This document shows, piece by piece, positions 47,211 to 58,355 of a DNA stretch of 64,000 bases. Source of the stretch: Callorhinchus milii. Lineage: Eukaryota. A program made the position numbers and the translations under genes. The stretch covers positions 18,848,001 to 18,912,000 of the forward strand of contig NW_024704754.1 of NCBI RefSeq assembly GCF_018977255.1. Reading direction: 5' to 3'. A model generated the notes under the pieces. That model saw only the letters and a list, made by a program, of their open reading frames with translations. It searched no databases and had not been told where the DNA came from. Each line of letters opens with the position of its first letter. Position 1 is the first letter of the stretch.

Positions 47211-48544
47211 CTTACAATATATAACAGGCCAAGGAACCTGTCTGCTGCTCAAGTGAGTGCTGAAAGATGCTGCACTATTGGACAAACCTCCGGGTTAACT
47301 CGTCACCCACCTCTCTCATGGCTGTTTGCCATGTGAACATGCCCAGCTTTTGCAGCCACTCCGAGACGCGACCCTGTGTGAAGCGTTCGATATAAATCCA
47401 AGTTGTTGTAGTTTCTCCTGGTAACCCAGATGTCTCATTTCAGCTCTGAATCAAGCTGTCCTTCACTGTATCTTCTCCACACCACCCTGTCCTGGTCTGT
47501 CTAGTAATAGTGACCAGAATTGGTCAATGGCTCAGGGCCAGCACGATGTGCTATTTGCAAATCCCCCACCGCCTCAAGGGCCTATTACATAGTAAAGAAT
47601 CAGAAGCCTTCAGAAACATGGGTTCAGTTACATTTATTGGTTAAATCACACTAATTAAGAGCAATAGTTTAATACGCTGGAATATCACAACTATAAGTCA
47701 CAACAGAAGCAGTGCAATAAGCCACCAAACTCCAAATTCTCATTGGAAATTGGGCAATAATAATAATCCTTGCATTTGATATAGCGCTTTATGTCTTCGA
47801 GACGTCTCAAAGTGCTTCACAGAATATACTGTAAAGTGTAGTGACTGTATATTTTGTGGGCAAAATGCGTTAGCCAATTGCACACAGCAGTGTCCCACAA
47901 ACAGTCGTGGACCTGCAATGGTCCTTTAGTGTTGCCTCGGTTCTTCAGGGCGTCCATCAGTATAGAGAGAGAGAGAACGCCCCAGCACTACAACCTCAAC
48001 AAAAAACTTACTGAGCACTAGTGTGTGTGTGTGTGTGTGTGTGAGAGGGGGTGGGTGGGGGGTAAAATAGGTTACAGAAATGGTTTGCAATGATGTGAAG
48101 ACAGTAAGTTTCCTGCCTCATACACCAGACATGGGAGCGTCAATCGCATCAGAAGCTTGTGAAGACATACCCATTGCCCCAAATCCTGGACTAGTCTGGA
48201 TCGGCTGGCAACACACAAGTCTCCCAATTTCAGATAAATTGGAATGAATGGGAGAAAGGCGAACGAACGAACAAACGGCTTCTCATTTACTCTTGGCGGT
48301 TCCCCATCACTGAGGCACAGACACTGAGATAAGATGCAGCAGATTTACTGTGACTAAGGTCCTCGGACCTTCTCTCAAACAGCTTCCCTTAAGAAACGCA
48401 AGTAGTTAAAAGCATATGCGGACGGGCGGCTTGTATAAACCTCAGCCAGTCCCTGCTCACCCCTCCTTCCCCTAGGCCACCGTGTGTGAGGAGGTTGTTG
48501 GTTCTGCTGGTGAGGTGGGGGGGAGAGGAAAGGGTGTTTTCGTC

Positions 48545-48575
<31 letters not shown>

Positions 48576-48710
48576 GGAGGGGGAGTTGTTCTGCCTGTAG
48601 TTTGTGTGGTGGGGTGAGGGGGGCGTGGCTATTGTTTCCGCCTGTGATGTGGGGAGGGAGGTGTTGTTCTGCCTGTGTGGTTCCTGTGCTGAGCTGGTTG
48701 TTGTCTGCAG

Positions 48711-51109
48711 ATCCAGGGCTCTGATGGGACGAGGCCAGTGGGGGCGCTGGGCAAGGCCACCAGCTCCAGTGACATGCTGCTGAAGCTGGCTCGTACCACC
48801 CCTTACTACAAGCGTAACCGCCCCCACATCTGCTCCTTCTGGGTCAAAGGCGAGTGCAAGAGAGGAGAGGAGTGTCCCTACAGGTAAACACAGCCACAGT
48901 GCTCCCCCCACCCCACCCCCCGGTGGGCAGGAACCTTGCGGTACTCCAAGCCCGTGCTGGGGTTAACCTGTGATCCATCGTTTCTTTCAGTGCCTTGGGA
49001 CGTCCTTCCAACGTGAAAGGCGTTCTATACATGTAATTTTGTTGTTGTTTTGCTGCCTGCGGTCGAAGGGGGAAAAATTCAATACAAATCTGGGGAAACG
49101 CTAGTTCATTGAGCAAATAGTAATCGTATGGAACATTGATTCTTTCAAAAGCAAGTGAGATAGATTTCTGTTAGGAAGTAATACCTGGAGCTACAGTATA
49201 TGGTTCGGGACACGACATGTGAAAGAGACGGCCAGGACGGTGGGAGGTGAACTAGATGGACCTTGTCTTTTTGTCCAGCAAATTCTTCTGTTGTTGTGCT
49301 CAGACACGAGAAGCCCACGGACCCTGACGACCCTCTGGCTGACCAGAACATTAAGGACCGTTATTACGGCATCAATGACCCGGTGGCTGACAAGCTGCTG
49401 AAGCGAGCGGCCACCATGCCCCGGCTGGACCCCCCCGAGGACAGGAGCATCACCACCCTGTATGTGGGGGGGCTCGGAGAGCAGATTTGTGAGACAGAGC
49501 TACGGTGAGTGGCCCCACCAACTCCACAGCCCCACAGCCTTCTTGCTCCACGCACAGACCTGCCCACTCCACATCCGCGCCCACCTTGCTCTCAGCCGTG
49601 TCCCCTCCCATTCTGCAGCCCTGTCCCCCTTCTGCCCCACATCGCCACCCCATCCCTTTCTGGTTCCCAGCCCCTCCCCCCTCTTATCCGGCACCCCGCC
49701 CACTGCAGCCCCACCGTTTCGCGCTTCAGTGTGTCTGTCTGTCTTGTGAGTTTGTTTGTCTCTGTTAATGTGGGAGTCTTGAGTGACTTTGAATCATCGC
49801 AGTTGCTCTGTGAGGGAGGGAGGGAGGGTGTTCTCGAGGAAGGAGGAATGGAGGGTTTCAGCTTCTATCAGGGGCCAGTGTGTGCACAGGTGTGTTGCTG
49901 ATTCCCCTCTGTCTCTCCCCAGGAATCACTTTTACCAGTTTGGGGAGGTCCGGTCGATCACGGTGGTGCAGAGACAGCAATGTGCCTTTATACAGTTTGC
50001 CAGTAGACAGGCCGCAGAGCTCGCTGCTGAGAAATCCTTCAACAAACTCATCATCAACGGCCGCCGGCTCAACGTCAAGTGGGGGAGGTGAGCGTGCGGG
50101 CAGGGCAGAGGGAGGGAGAGTGTGTGGGTGGGCGGTGGGGTTGGGTGTGAGAGTGTCCGTGGTTGAATGTGTGTATGTGTGGGAGGGTGAGTCTGTGTGT
50201 ATGTGGGGGCTGAGTGTGTGTGTGTGTGTTGGGGGTTAGTGTGCGGGTGAAAGTGGAGGGGGTCAGTGGGTGTGTTGGGGTGGGGGTGGGGGGGCGTCAG
50301 GATGTGTATGTGCGTGTAACCTGACAAAGTATCGCTCTGTTGCTGGCAGGTCACAGGCCGCGCGGGGGAAGGAGAAGGACGGGAGCCCGGAGTCGGGGAT
50401 GAAGCTGGAGCCGGTGCCGGGGCTGCCAGGAGGTGAGTCTGCCCTTCACCGGGAACCGTCCCGGTCTGGTCTGCTCCGAGAGACCGCGACTCCAGGACAC
50501 ACGCGCCGTCCGTCACACACACAGACTGACTGACGGGCATTTGCACACGTGTTTGTGTAACGGCCAGAACGACGTGTTCTGACAGTTATCTCTCTCACAC
50601 GCACACTCACTCTCTCACACAACACTCTCTCTCACACTCTCTCTCACACTCACTCTCTCTCACTCTCTGCCTCATAGTCCTGCCGCCCCCCGTCTCAGTG
50701 GAGGAGGAAACTCCCCCCAACTTCTTCAACCTGCCGCCCAGCGCCCCGGCCACGGTGATGAACATCTCGTTACCCCCTCCACCACCCGGTAAGTGCCCGA
50801 GCGGCAGCCGTGCGCCGTCGGACCGAGACGTTTCAAAGCGCTTCACGCAATATACTGTAAAGTGCAGTGACTGTTTCGTGGGCTTCCTGTCTGTTCCCAG
50901 GGTGTGAGATGGCTCAGTGCAGCAGCGCTGACTGATTGTTGGTGTGTAACGCTCTTTCTCTCTCTCTCTCCGCAGGGTTCGGGCCCACAGTCTTCCACTC
51001 TATGCCTCCGCCACCTCCACCTTTCCTCCGGGCCCCGGGCCCCATCCACTACCCCTCCCAGGACCCCCAGCGCATGGGAGCTCACACGAACAAGCCCAAC
51101 AACGCCTAG
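48711..51109 (+). CDS. RBM22: RBM22 exons 6-11, intact copy (CCCH zinc finger, RRM, Pro-rich tail)
   Basis: Exons 48711-48883 ([58 protein letters not shown]), 49304-49504 ([22 protein letters not shown]), 49923-50087, 50350-50432, 50678-50788 and 50976-51109 ([21 protein letters not shown]). Confidence 0.95.
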
Positions 51110-52629
51110 CCCACCCCGCACGCCTCACCTTCCCTTTTATACCAGTCACGGGGGGGATGCGAGGGGGGGGAGAGAGGGTTTGTGTCGCTCTCGCTCTGTG
51201 CCCCCCCCCCCGCCGTCTTGCTTTTATTTGGGGGTTCCAGTGGTTCCCGTATCGCCGCTCGGCTTCCGTGAGGAATGTGTGTTTCCGGGAGGTCGCGGCT
51301 GGCAGATCCGTGGGGAACCCGGGTATGTCAGGCTGAGCGGTTCGAGGATGAGAGATTGTTTGCACACGTCTGAACACGTCTGAAGTTTGGACACGTCTAA
51401 ATTGTCACCCACCCCCCCCACCCCCCACCCACCCCCCACCCACAACCTCTGTGGCTGCCCGCAGTGCCCTCTGGTGGCAGAGTGGGCAAACCACAGGCTG
51501 GGAAGCTAATGAAATGTGTCAAAATCCGGGCTCCCAACTGGGGAGTGTCTGACTCTGAGGGTCCCCCTCGCCCCCGGCCTCCCCCCCCCCCCCCCCCCCC
51601 CCGGCCTCCCCCCCCCCCCCCGGCCTCCCCCCCTATCTAATTAGGTGAAATTCATTTTTGTCACGTGCCCGTGGCTTATTTTATACTGTTGCCTCTCCCA
51701 GCCCCCACCCACTGCCCCGTCCCGTCTCGGTCTCCCTGCAGACCCACTGGGGGAACGGGAGGGTGGGTGTGAGCTGTCGCTGGGTGCGGCTGGTGTCAGC
51801 CAGCGAGGGAGCGAGGCAGGGATTGTCTGTCTGTCGGTCTATCTGTCCAGCCACACGTCTAGAACATAAAGAGACGCATCTTTACTAATTCAGCTTGTGC
51901 CAGTCTCTTTCTTGTTGCGGGACAGGGTGTCAGGGTTGGGAAGGCGGCTGCGCAAACACTGCCGGAACTCACCGCCTGCCCTGGGGCTGCGTTCACAGGG
52001 GGCCGGGAAGCGGGAAAGATCCTCTCCCCTCTCCACAGCCGATTGGAGTTTGGGAAAAGTCACAGGTAGTGTGTGTGTGTCTGTGTACGTGTGTGCGCGT
52101 GTGGCTGTCAGTCACACTCCCTTTGGCAGCCCGACTGGTTTCCTGTGATGCTCAGTGAGTGTTTTGGTGCTGGCTGTCGCCTGGCTCTGAGGGCAATCAG
52201 GACTCTGGTTGTTGCTGTATCTCTTTATTTGCTTCTCGTTCGTGTCTCACTTTGTCGCTTGTCTGCCTCGTGCATTAACACACAACGGTCTGATCGGCCA
52301 GGATTCCCGCGGAAACCATCCCTAAACGTACGTACCCAGCCGGGTGAGGAACTGTGCTTGAAAACGAAACGTGCAAAGCTCTGGGGTAAGAGTGAGGGAG
52401 TGGGACTAGTTGGTGGCTCTTTCAAATCAAAGAGCTGGCACAGGCACGATGGGCCGAATGGCCTCCTTCTGTGCTGGAAGATCATTGAGCCGTCCGGGCC
52501 TGGGAATAGTTAATATGTGACGGGGAGAGGGGAAGGGAATTGTGGTTAACGTTAACCAAAACTTCGCCCCCCTCCTCAGATACACACCCCGGTAATTGCC
52601 CCTCCCCACCCCTCCCGCTGGAAGCTGCC

Positions 52630-55600
52630 TCACAACTCAGCAGACTCGGGGATGATGGGGATCCAGCCTCGGGGACGACGGTTGAAGTTGGGGCGGTTGG
52701 CGATGCGTTCGGCTTCCATCGTCACCGGCTCCACCATCTCCTCGACCAACTCGAAGGCCGGTGGCGGGAAGGACCGGGCAGGGAATAGGGCTGGCGTGCC
52801 GAAGGGGGTCGCTACCCTGAAACAACACAGTGTCTGAGGTCGGGGAGAGCATACATCATATCTCTAACCCCATTCCCTGCTCTCTCTCTCATCGTGTCTG
52901 TGCAGGGGTTCGCTCCCCCACTAGAGCTTTCTACTCTAACCCCATTCCCTGCTCTCTCTCCCCCATCGTGTCTGTGCAGGGGTTCGCTCCCCCACTAGAG
53001 CTTTCTACTCTAACCCCATTCCCTGCTCTCTCTCTCTCCCCATCGTGTCTGTGCTGGGGCTCGCCCCCCCACTGGAGCTCTCTAACCCCATTGCGTGCAA
53101 AGTGGAGCTGGAATCCTGTGAGTTTGGCCAGTCAGCTGTGTGGTGTCAGGATTAAAATAGAGAAACTGTCAGCGGTGACGTCAGCTCCCATTCACGACTC
53201 CCCCCCCCACCGCTTGCCAGCAACACAGCAGCTCTGCCTCGGTGCTGGGGGGTGGCGGGGTGGGAGCATACTAACACAATCTTTGATGTTAAACTGCCGA
53301 TGTCAGCCGGCCTCGGTGTCTGGCCCGAGTCAGGAGGATGTGGATTGGAGCCATATATCAGGACATGAGCTCAGTCCAGGCTGATGCTCCAGTGCAGCAC
53401 TGGGGTGGGGTGGGGAAGCTCTGGGGAGAAAGCGCTGCGTTGTCGCAGGTGCTGTCCTTCACATCGGATCTAAAGGTAAAATCCCGTCTACCTGGTTGCG
53501 TGAAGGTCAGAGTTGCTGTGACACGATTTAACAACAGTTTCTCTGGGGTGGCTGTTCTGTGCTGATGACACTCACCTGTTGAAGCACCTGAAGGCCTGTG
53601 ACTGGGGCGGGGGCTCAGGCAGGTTGGCGCTGATGCTCTCTACGTAGTCGTGTTCTTCGTTCATGGCCTCTGCCCACGGCGAGTGGTAGGACTTGGGCAC
53701 CACCGTGCTGTTAAACCTCTCCGGGGGGATCTCCTTCAGGGGCCCCGAGTAACCTGGTGGAGGGGGCAGAGCATAGCTTGAGGGGGTGGAGCAGCAATTG
53801 GGGGTGGAGCGGAGTGTGAGGGGCAACAGCTGTGTGTGGATTTGGACACTTGTTATTGGAGGCTATCAAAGCAATGGAAAAGGTGAGGTGTAGATCCACT
53901 GCCACGTTCCTGGGGGCCAAGAGAGTCAGTGAAGAAGACATTTGAGAGGTGAGTTTCTTCCCCTCCACTGGGGGTTTAACACAAGCCCAACAACAGCGTC
54001 CCTACTGCACCCTTTGTGAAACAACAACAACAAAATTACATTTATAGAGCGCCTTTCACGTGGGGAGGACGTCCCAAAGCGCTGGAAGGGGCTATAAAAT
54101 TTATTGTTGTCGTTCCCCATCACGTCCCGTGGCCTCTGAGTGAGTTTGATTGTTCGGTACAGGATTCGCCCCCCCAAGCCCATTGGGAACTGGGCTGAGA
54201 TTGGCTCAAACCCATGTCCTTGCTCAGGGACCCTCACACCAACCCACACAAGACTCTCACCGGGTTGGGCTGGGACTGGATTGAAACCCAGAGGTGAATG
54301 ACGACAACTGACCCTCTTCCCCTTCTGCCCTCTGCCCATGTCAGCCCCTCCCTCGGTACTTTGCTGCAGTGTAAAGAGTGTTGATATGGTAACCTATTTC
54401 ACTGTGGTTATGTACAGCACTGTGAGCTGTACCTGGAGCAATGAGGCTGGGGTTCATGTTGAGGTGTTTGCCTGCGGTGAGACTTCCCGGGAGCTTGGCG
54501 GAGACGGGGGGTCCCGGGGCCTTCCCACCCTGTGGGATGAAGATCTCAGTCTTGTAATTCTCCTTCAGCCCCTCGGGGAGCTTCGAGACGCAGCCTTTCT
54601 GCTGGAGGAGAATGAGAGGTTGATTATAACACAGGATGTCACAGGCTAGGACAGGGCAGGCAAGCAGGCGGTCACTCGATACAGGGTGACACCAGAGGGT
54701 AGGAATGAAGACGTCTGTTTGATCTCAACTTTGCAGAATCCTTCTTCCCGTTACAGCGTTGAGCTGTTTCTTAAGTATGTCCCAGCGACAAGCCCTCAAC
54801 CTCTCCCTGATAGCTCGCTCCAGCTGTCTGCTCATCTCATGTGTGAAGTGATGGTTCTGTACAGAGGAGTTTTGCTGGAGCAGAGAAGGTGGGGGGTGGG
54901 TTGTTCATTTATGATCAGTGGTTTTGATCAATAACAACAAATAACATTTACACGGAGCCTTTCACGTCAGGAGGATGTCCCAAGGCGCTGGACAGTCAGG
55001 ATATGCACCTGAGCTGGGGGTTGGGATCAGGAGGGGTGGAGGATAGGATAGGAGGGTGACAGAAGGCGTGGTTGATTGAAGAGGAGGGTCTTGAGATGGG
55101 TCTTGAGGGAGGGGCGAGGCGAAGGAACTGTGGGATGGAGTTCCAAAGGGTGGGGGCAGAGGAAGCACTATTTGTTGTCAGTATCAAGGGGGGTCGGAAC
55201 CTGATCCAGGTGTTTAAGCTTGGTACAGACTGGTCTCACCTGATGCCGGTCATCCGGGCTCTCTATCGTGAACTTGTCCACACGTTTTTGTCGCAAGTGG
55301 AACATCTTGGCCCCTTTGTTGGAGAGTAACGCCAGCTCCTCCACCATCACATCCTGCGGCAGGTGGGCTTTCTTCCCCAGGTTCAGCTGCACTACTTCTG
55401 GGGGGGGGCGGAGAGAAGTCCAGGCAATGAGAGTGAGGTAAAGAGAAGGGAGTCCATCTCCCAGTGTCATGACCAACAATTCTTCCCATAAATAATTCTT
55501 CCGATAAATAGATCTCTGGGAGGTTGTCCTGCTTGAGGGATGCCATATAAATTTGTGTTGTTGTAAATAGTTGACTTCCCCCATGACTGCCTGTGGGGTC

Positions 55601-56808
55601 AGGATGTGTGCAAATTGGCTGCCAAGTTTACCTCCCGTTGCCCAGTCCCTACACTCCAGGTGTCAGGAAAGCTCATGGTCACCTCCTCCCCACCCACCCC
55701 ACCACTCAGCCACTGTTAATTGCTCCGAGACGCTGCCCTGCATGACCTGCGCTGGTGGTTGTTATTGTTGAGCGAGTGGCTTCGTGGGGCTGTAGGTGTA
55801 GGGGTGGGTGGTAGGACATCTCGCTTGCCCGCACTGCGAGACATGCAAAGTTGACGGCTTCCTCCCCAACAGCTTTCCCTGCCAATCACACACAGGAATA
55901 GATTCAGCGTCACGGAGTGATATTTAGCCTCCGGCAAACCTGGCCTGGAGCAGAGACTGAGACAGAGACTGAGGTCAGACAGACACTTGGGAACTTGTGT
56001 TTGTGGTCAAAACACGTGGAGCATTTCCCCTCGAGACCAGAGATCAGCTACAGCTCGGACCACAAGATTATACCTGGAGGTCTTCCAGGGAACATCAGCA
56101 GATCAACCCCCAGGATGATGGGGTTTAGCTGGGATGAGAGGGTGGGTTGACCTGGGTTCCAGAGCAGTGCTGTGGGGGGAGCATCACGTTGTACGTCCTA
56201 CAAATTAGATGTTGAACTGAGCTCCTTTCTGCCTGTTCAGCTGATGTTAAAGATCTCGCGGCTCTATTCAATCAGAGAAGGGAAAAATCCCCCAGAGAAA
56301 TATTGATCATTCACTTTGTGGCTGTCAGTGGGACATTGCTGAGCGCCTACAAAACACACAGTCACTGCACTTTACAGTAAATCCCATGAAGCGCTTTGAG
56401 ACGTTTTGATCATGTGATAAGGCACAACAACAAATGCAAGGATTATTATATACTGAAGAGGTTAAGGGGGCGATCAGATCAAAGTGTGCAGAGGGATGAA
56501 AAGAATCAACGAGTGAGATAGTGGGTCATAAGGGGGTGCGAGAGGGGGGCTGAGCGAGGGGTAGGGAGAGGGAGGGGGTCTGAGCGAGGAGTCAGGCTGA
56601 TACCACAGCCCCAGAGAGACACAGAAACAGAATCAATCTATTGAGATGTTGAAAAGGGAAACAGACACTTGGGCACTGAGGATCCGCTGGGACCTAATTC
56701 CCGGACGGCTGGACAGACAGACGTGAAGTTACCTCCCGCTCGGTGGAATTCGTTTGCGACAATCGCGGCCTTTTCCTTTTTCTCCTTGATCATTGCGGCG
56801 TACGACAT
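52630..56808 (-). CDS. MYOZ3: Myozenin-3 (calsarcin-3)
   Basis: Exons 56808-56733 (MSYAAMIKEKKEKAAIVANEFHRAG), 55397-55240 (LNLGKKAHLPQDVMVEELALLSNKGAKMFHLRQKRVDKFTIE), 54601-54433 (...MNPSLIAP), 53753-53576 (GYSGPLKEIPPERFNSTVVPKSYHSPW...FNR) and 52816-52630 (RPNFNRRPRGWIPIIPESAEL*). The C-terminal ESxEL PDZ ligand is present. The paralogue call rests on its position between RBM22 and SYNPO. AATAAA at 52224-52229 (minus). Confidence 0.9.
52860..53090 (-). repeat. Inverted array of the same ~75 bp GGGGTTAGAGTAGAGAGCTC minisatellite (about 3 copies)
   Basis: Repeated ctctaaccccattccctgctctctctc...catcgtgtctgtgc.gggg.tcgctcccccact.gagct units. Confidence 0.85.
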
Positions 56809-57348
56809 GGCTGGTGTCTGTGATGGACGGTGGGGGTAGTCGGGGGTCGGTGGAACTGTGCGAGGGGCCCTTGGGGAGCTCTTCCTGCAGGAACAAGGAA
56901 AATCCCATCAGAAACTCAAGCGACTCCCAATTCGCTTGTTTGTTTTGAGCTGTTCGAAACCCAAGATTTCTTCAACCGATTCCATCAACGCAACTTTGTT
57001 CGCTTTCCCCCCTCGCTCGCCCCGCCCTCGTTCCCCCTTTCCTCACCCCTCTCGCTCACTCGTACCCCTCTCTTCCCCCTCACTCGTCCCCTCACTTCCC
57101 CCATATACTCGCTGCTACTTTGTTCCCCACTTCCTCACTCTCCTGTCCCTCCCTCTCTTACTCCTCACGCTCTCACACTTACTCACTCCCTTTGATACCC
57201 ATCTCGCTCGTTCCCATCCACCCGGTTGCTTTTCCCTGTCCCTTTGCTCCCTTTTCCCCCACCTCCTTCCCCTCCCAATCGTCAGTGGACGAATCAGGAG
57301 CCTGATTAAAGGGTTAAACACTTGTCGGTTTGGGGTTTGGTCTCTTAC

Positions 57349-57625
57349 CCGGGTTGGTGTTGGGGCTGTGCTTTGCCCCTCGCTGACCTGGCCACTCAGT
57401 ACTGCAGGACTGGGAGCTCCTGGCTGTGTCTGTGACAACTCCTTGCCTGGCCCGACCGAGACAGGACCGTCCCTCTCCTCTCTTCTCTCTCCTCCCCGCT
57501 CCGTCTGCTCATAAACTTATATTTAGCCGTGAAACTCTCTCCGTCTCCTTCCCACGAGGGATGTGAACAGCTGCCGGCAGACACCGGGGGTCTTGGGTTT
57601 CCCGTTAGTAAATAATTAAACCGGC
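57349..57625 (-). promoter_or_regulatory. MYOZ3 non-coding exon 1 and muscle-type promoter
   Basis: Donor ccgg|GTAAGA at 57349/57348. CTAAATATAA (MEF2/TATA overlap) at ~57517-57526 on the minus strand, CAGCTG E-box at ~57568-57573 and an AT-rich element at ~57604-57620. Confidence 0.55.
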
Positions 57626-58126
57626 CAAGTTAACTCGTTAACAGTGAGATCCCCTTAGCTCTCCATTTGGCTACAGAAACAGTCACTACACCTCAACAGT
57701 AATTGCTTGCTGTGTCGCAGGTTCTGTCCTTCAGATTCAATGATCCATGCATTTGATACAGCACCTTAGCGTGTCTTTGAGACGTGTCAAAGCGCTTCAC
57801 AGGACATACTGTTACGTGTAGTGACTGTATTTTGTGGTTGAAACATTAAAATGAAGTCCCGTCTGTGCCTGTTCAGTCGGGTGTTAAACTGCTTTGGTAC
57901 GTCCTCCTGACATGTAAGGTGCTTTACAAATATAATTTGTTGTTGTTAAAGATCCCATGACACTGTCGGAAAAGAGAAGGGAGAATTGCCCCCAGTGTCC
58001 TGGCCAACAATCCTCCAGGTAAATGGTTTATTATTCACTTTGTGGCTGTTGTGTAATGTGTGTAAATTGGTTGCTGTGTTTGCTTACATGAAGCAACAGG
58101 CGCTGGATAAAAATGCAGGATTGTAA

Positions 58127-58355
58127 TCATAGAATTATACAGCACAGAAGGAGGCCATTCAGCCCATCGTGTCTGTGCTGCTCTTTGAAAAGGGCTTCCA
58201 AATCAACCCCACTCCCCCGCTCTCTCCCCATAGCCCTGATCAACCCCACTCCCCCGCTCTCTCTCTCCCCATAGCCCTGCAAACTTGTCCTCCCCAAATA
58301 ATTATCTACTTCTCGCTTAAAAGTTGTCATCGGTTTGGCTTCCACCGGCCTTTCA
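58127..58355 (-). mobile_element. CR1 LINE 3' fragment
   Basis: Translates VEAKPMTTFKREVDNYLGRTSLQGYGER, followed by the CR1 tail gacacgatgggctgaatggcctccttctgtgctgtataattct. Confidence 0.75.

Larger units (their letters stand above)
32214..52904 (+). repeat. Copy 2 of the duplication, with a different ~5.1 kb internal segment (43339-48480)
   Basis: Direct sequence identity to copy 1 on both sides of the internal segment. Confidence 0.95.

Noticed and set aside
43339-48480. Recombinase-driven invertible switch (shufflon-like) explanation for the RBM22 inversion
   Set aside because: No recombinase gene is present and no inverted-repeat pair flanks both breakpoints. The only inverted repeat is the split 28-bp unit, which is a consequence of the inversion.
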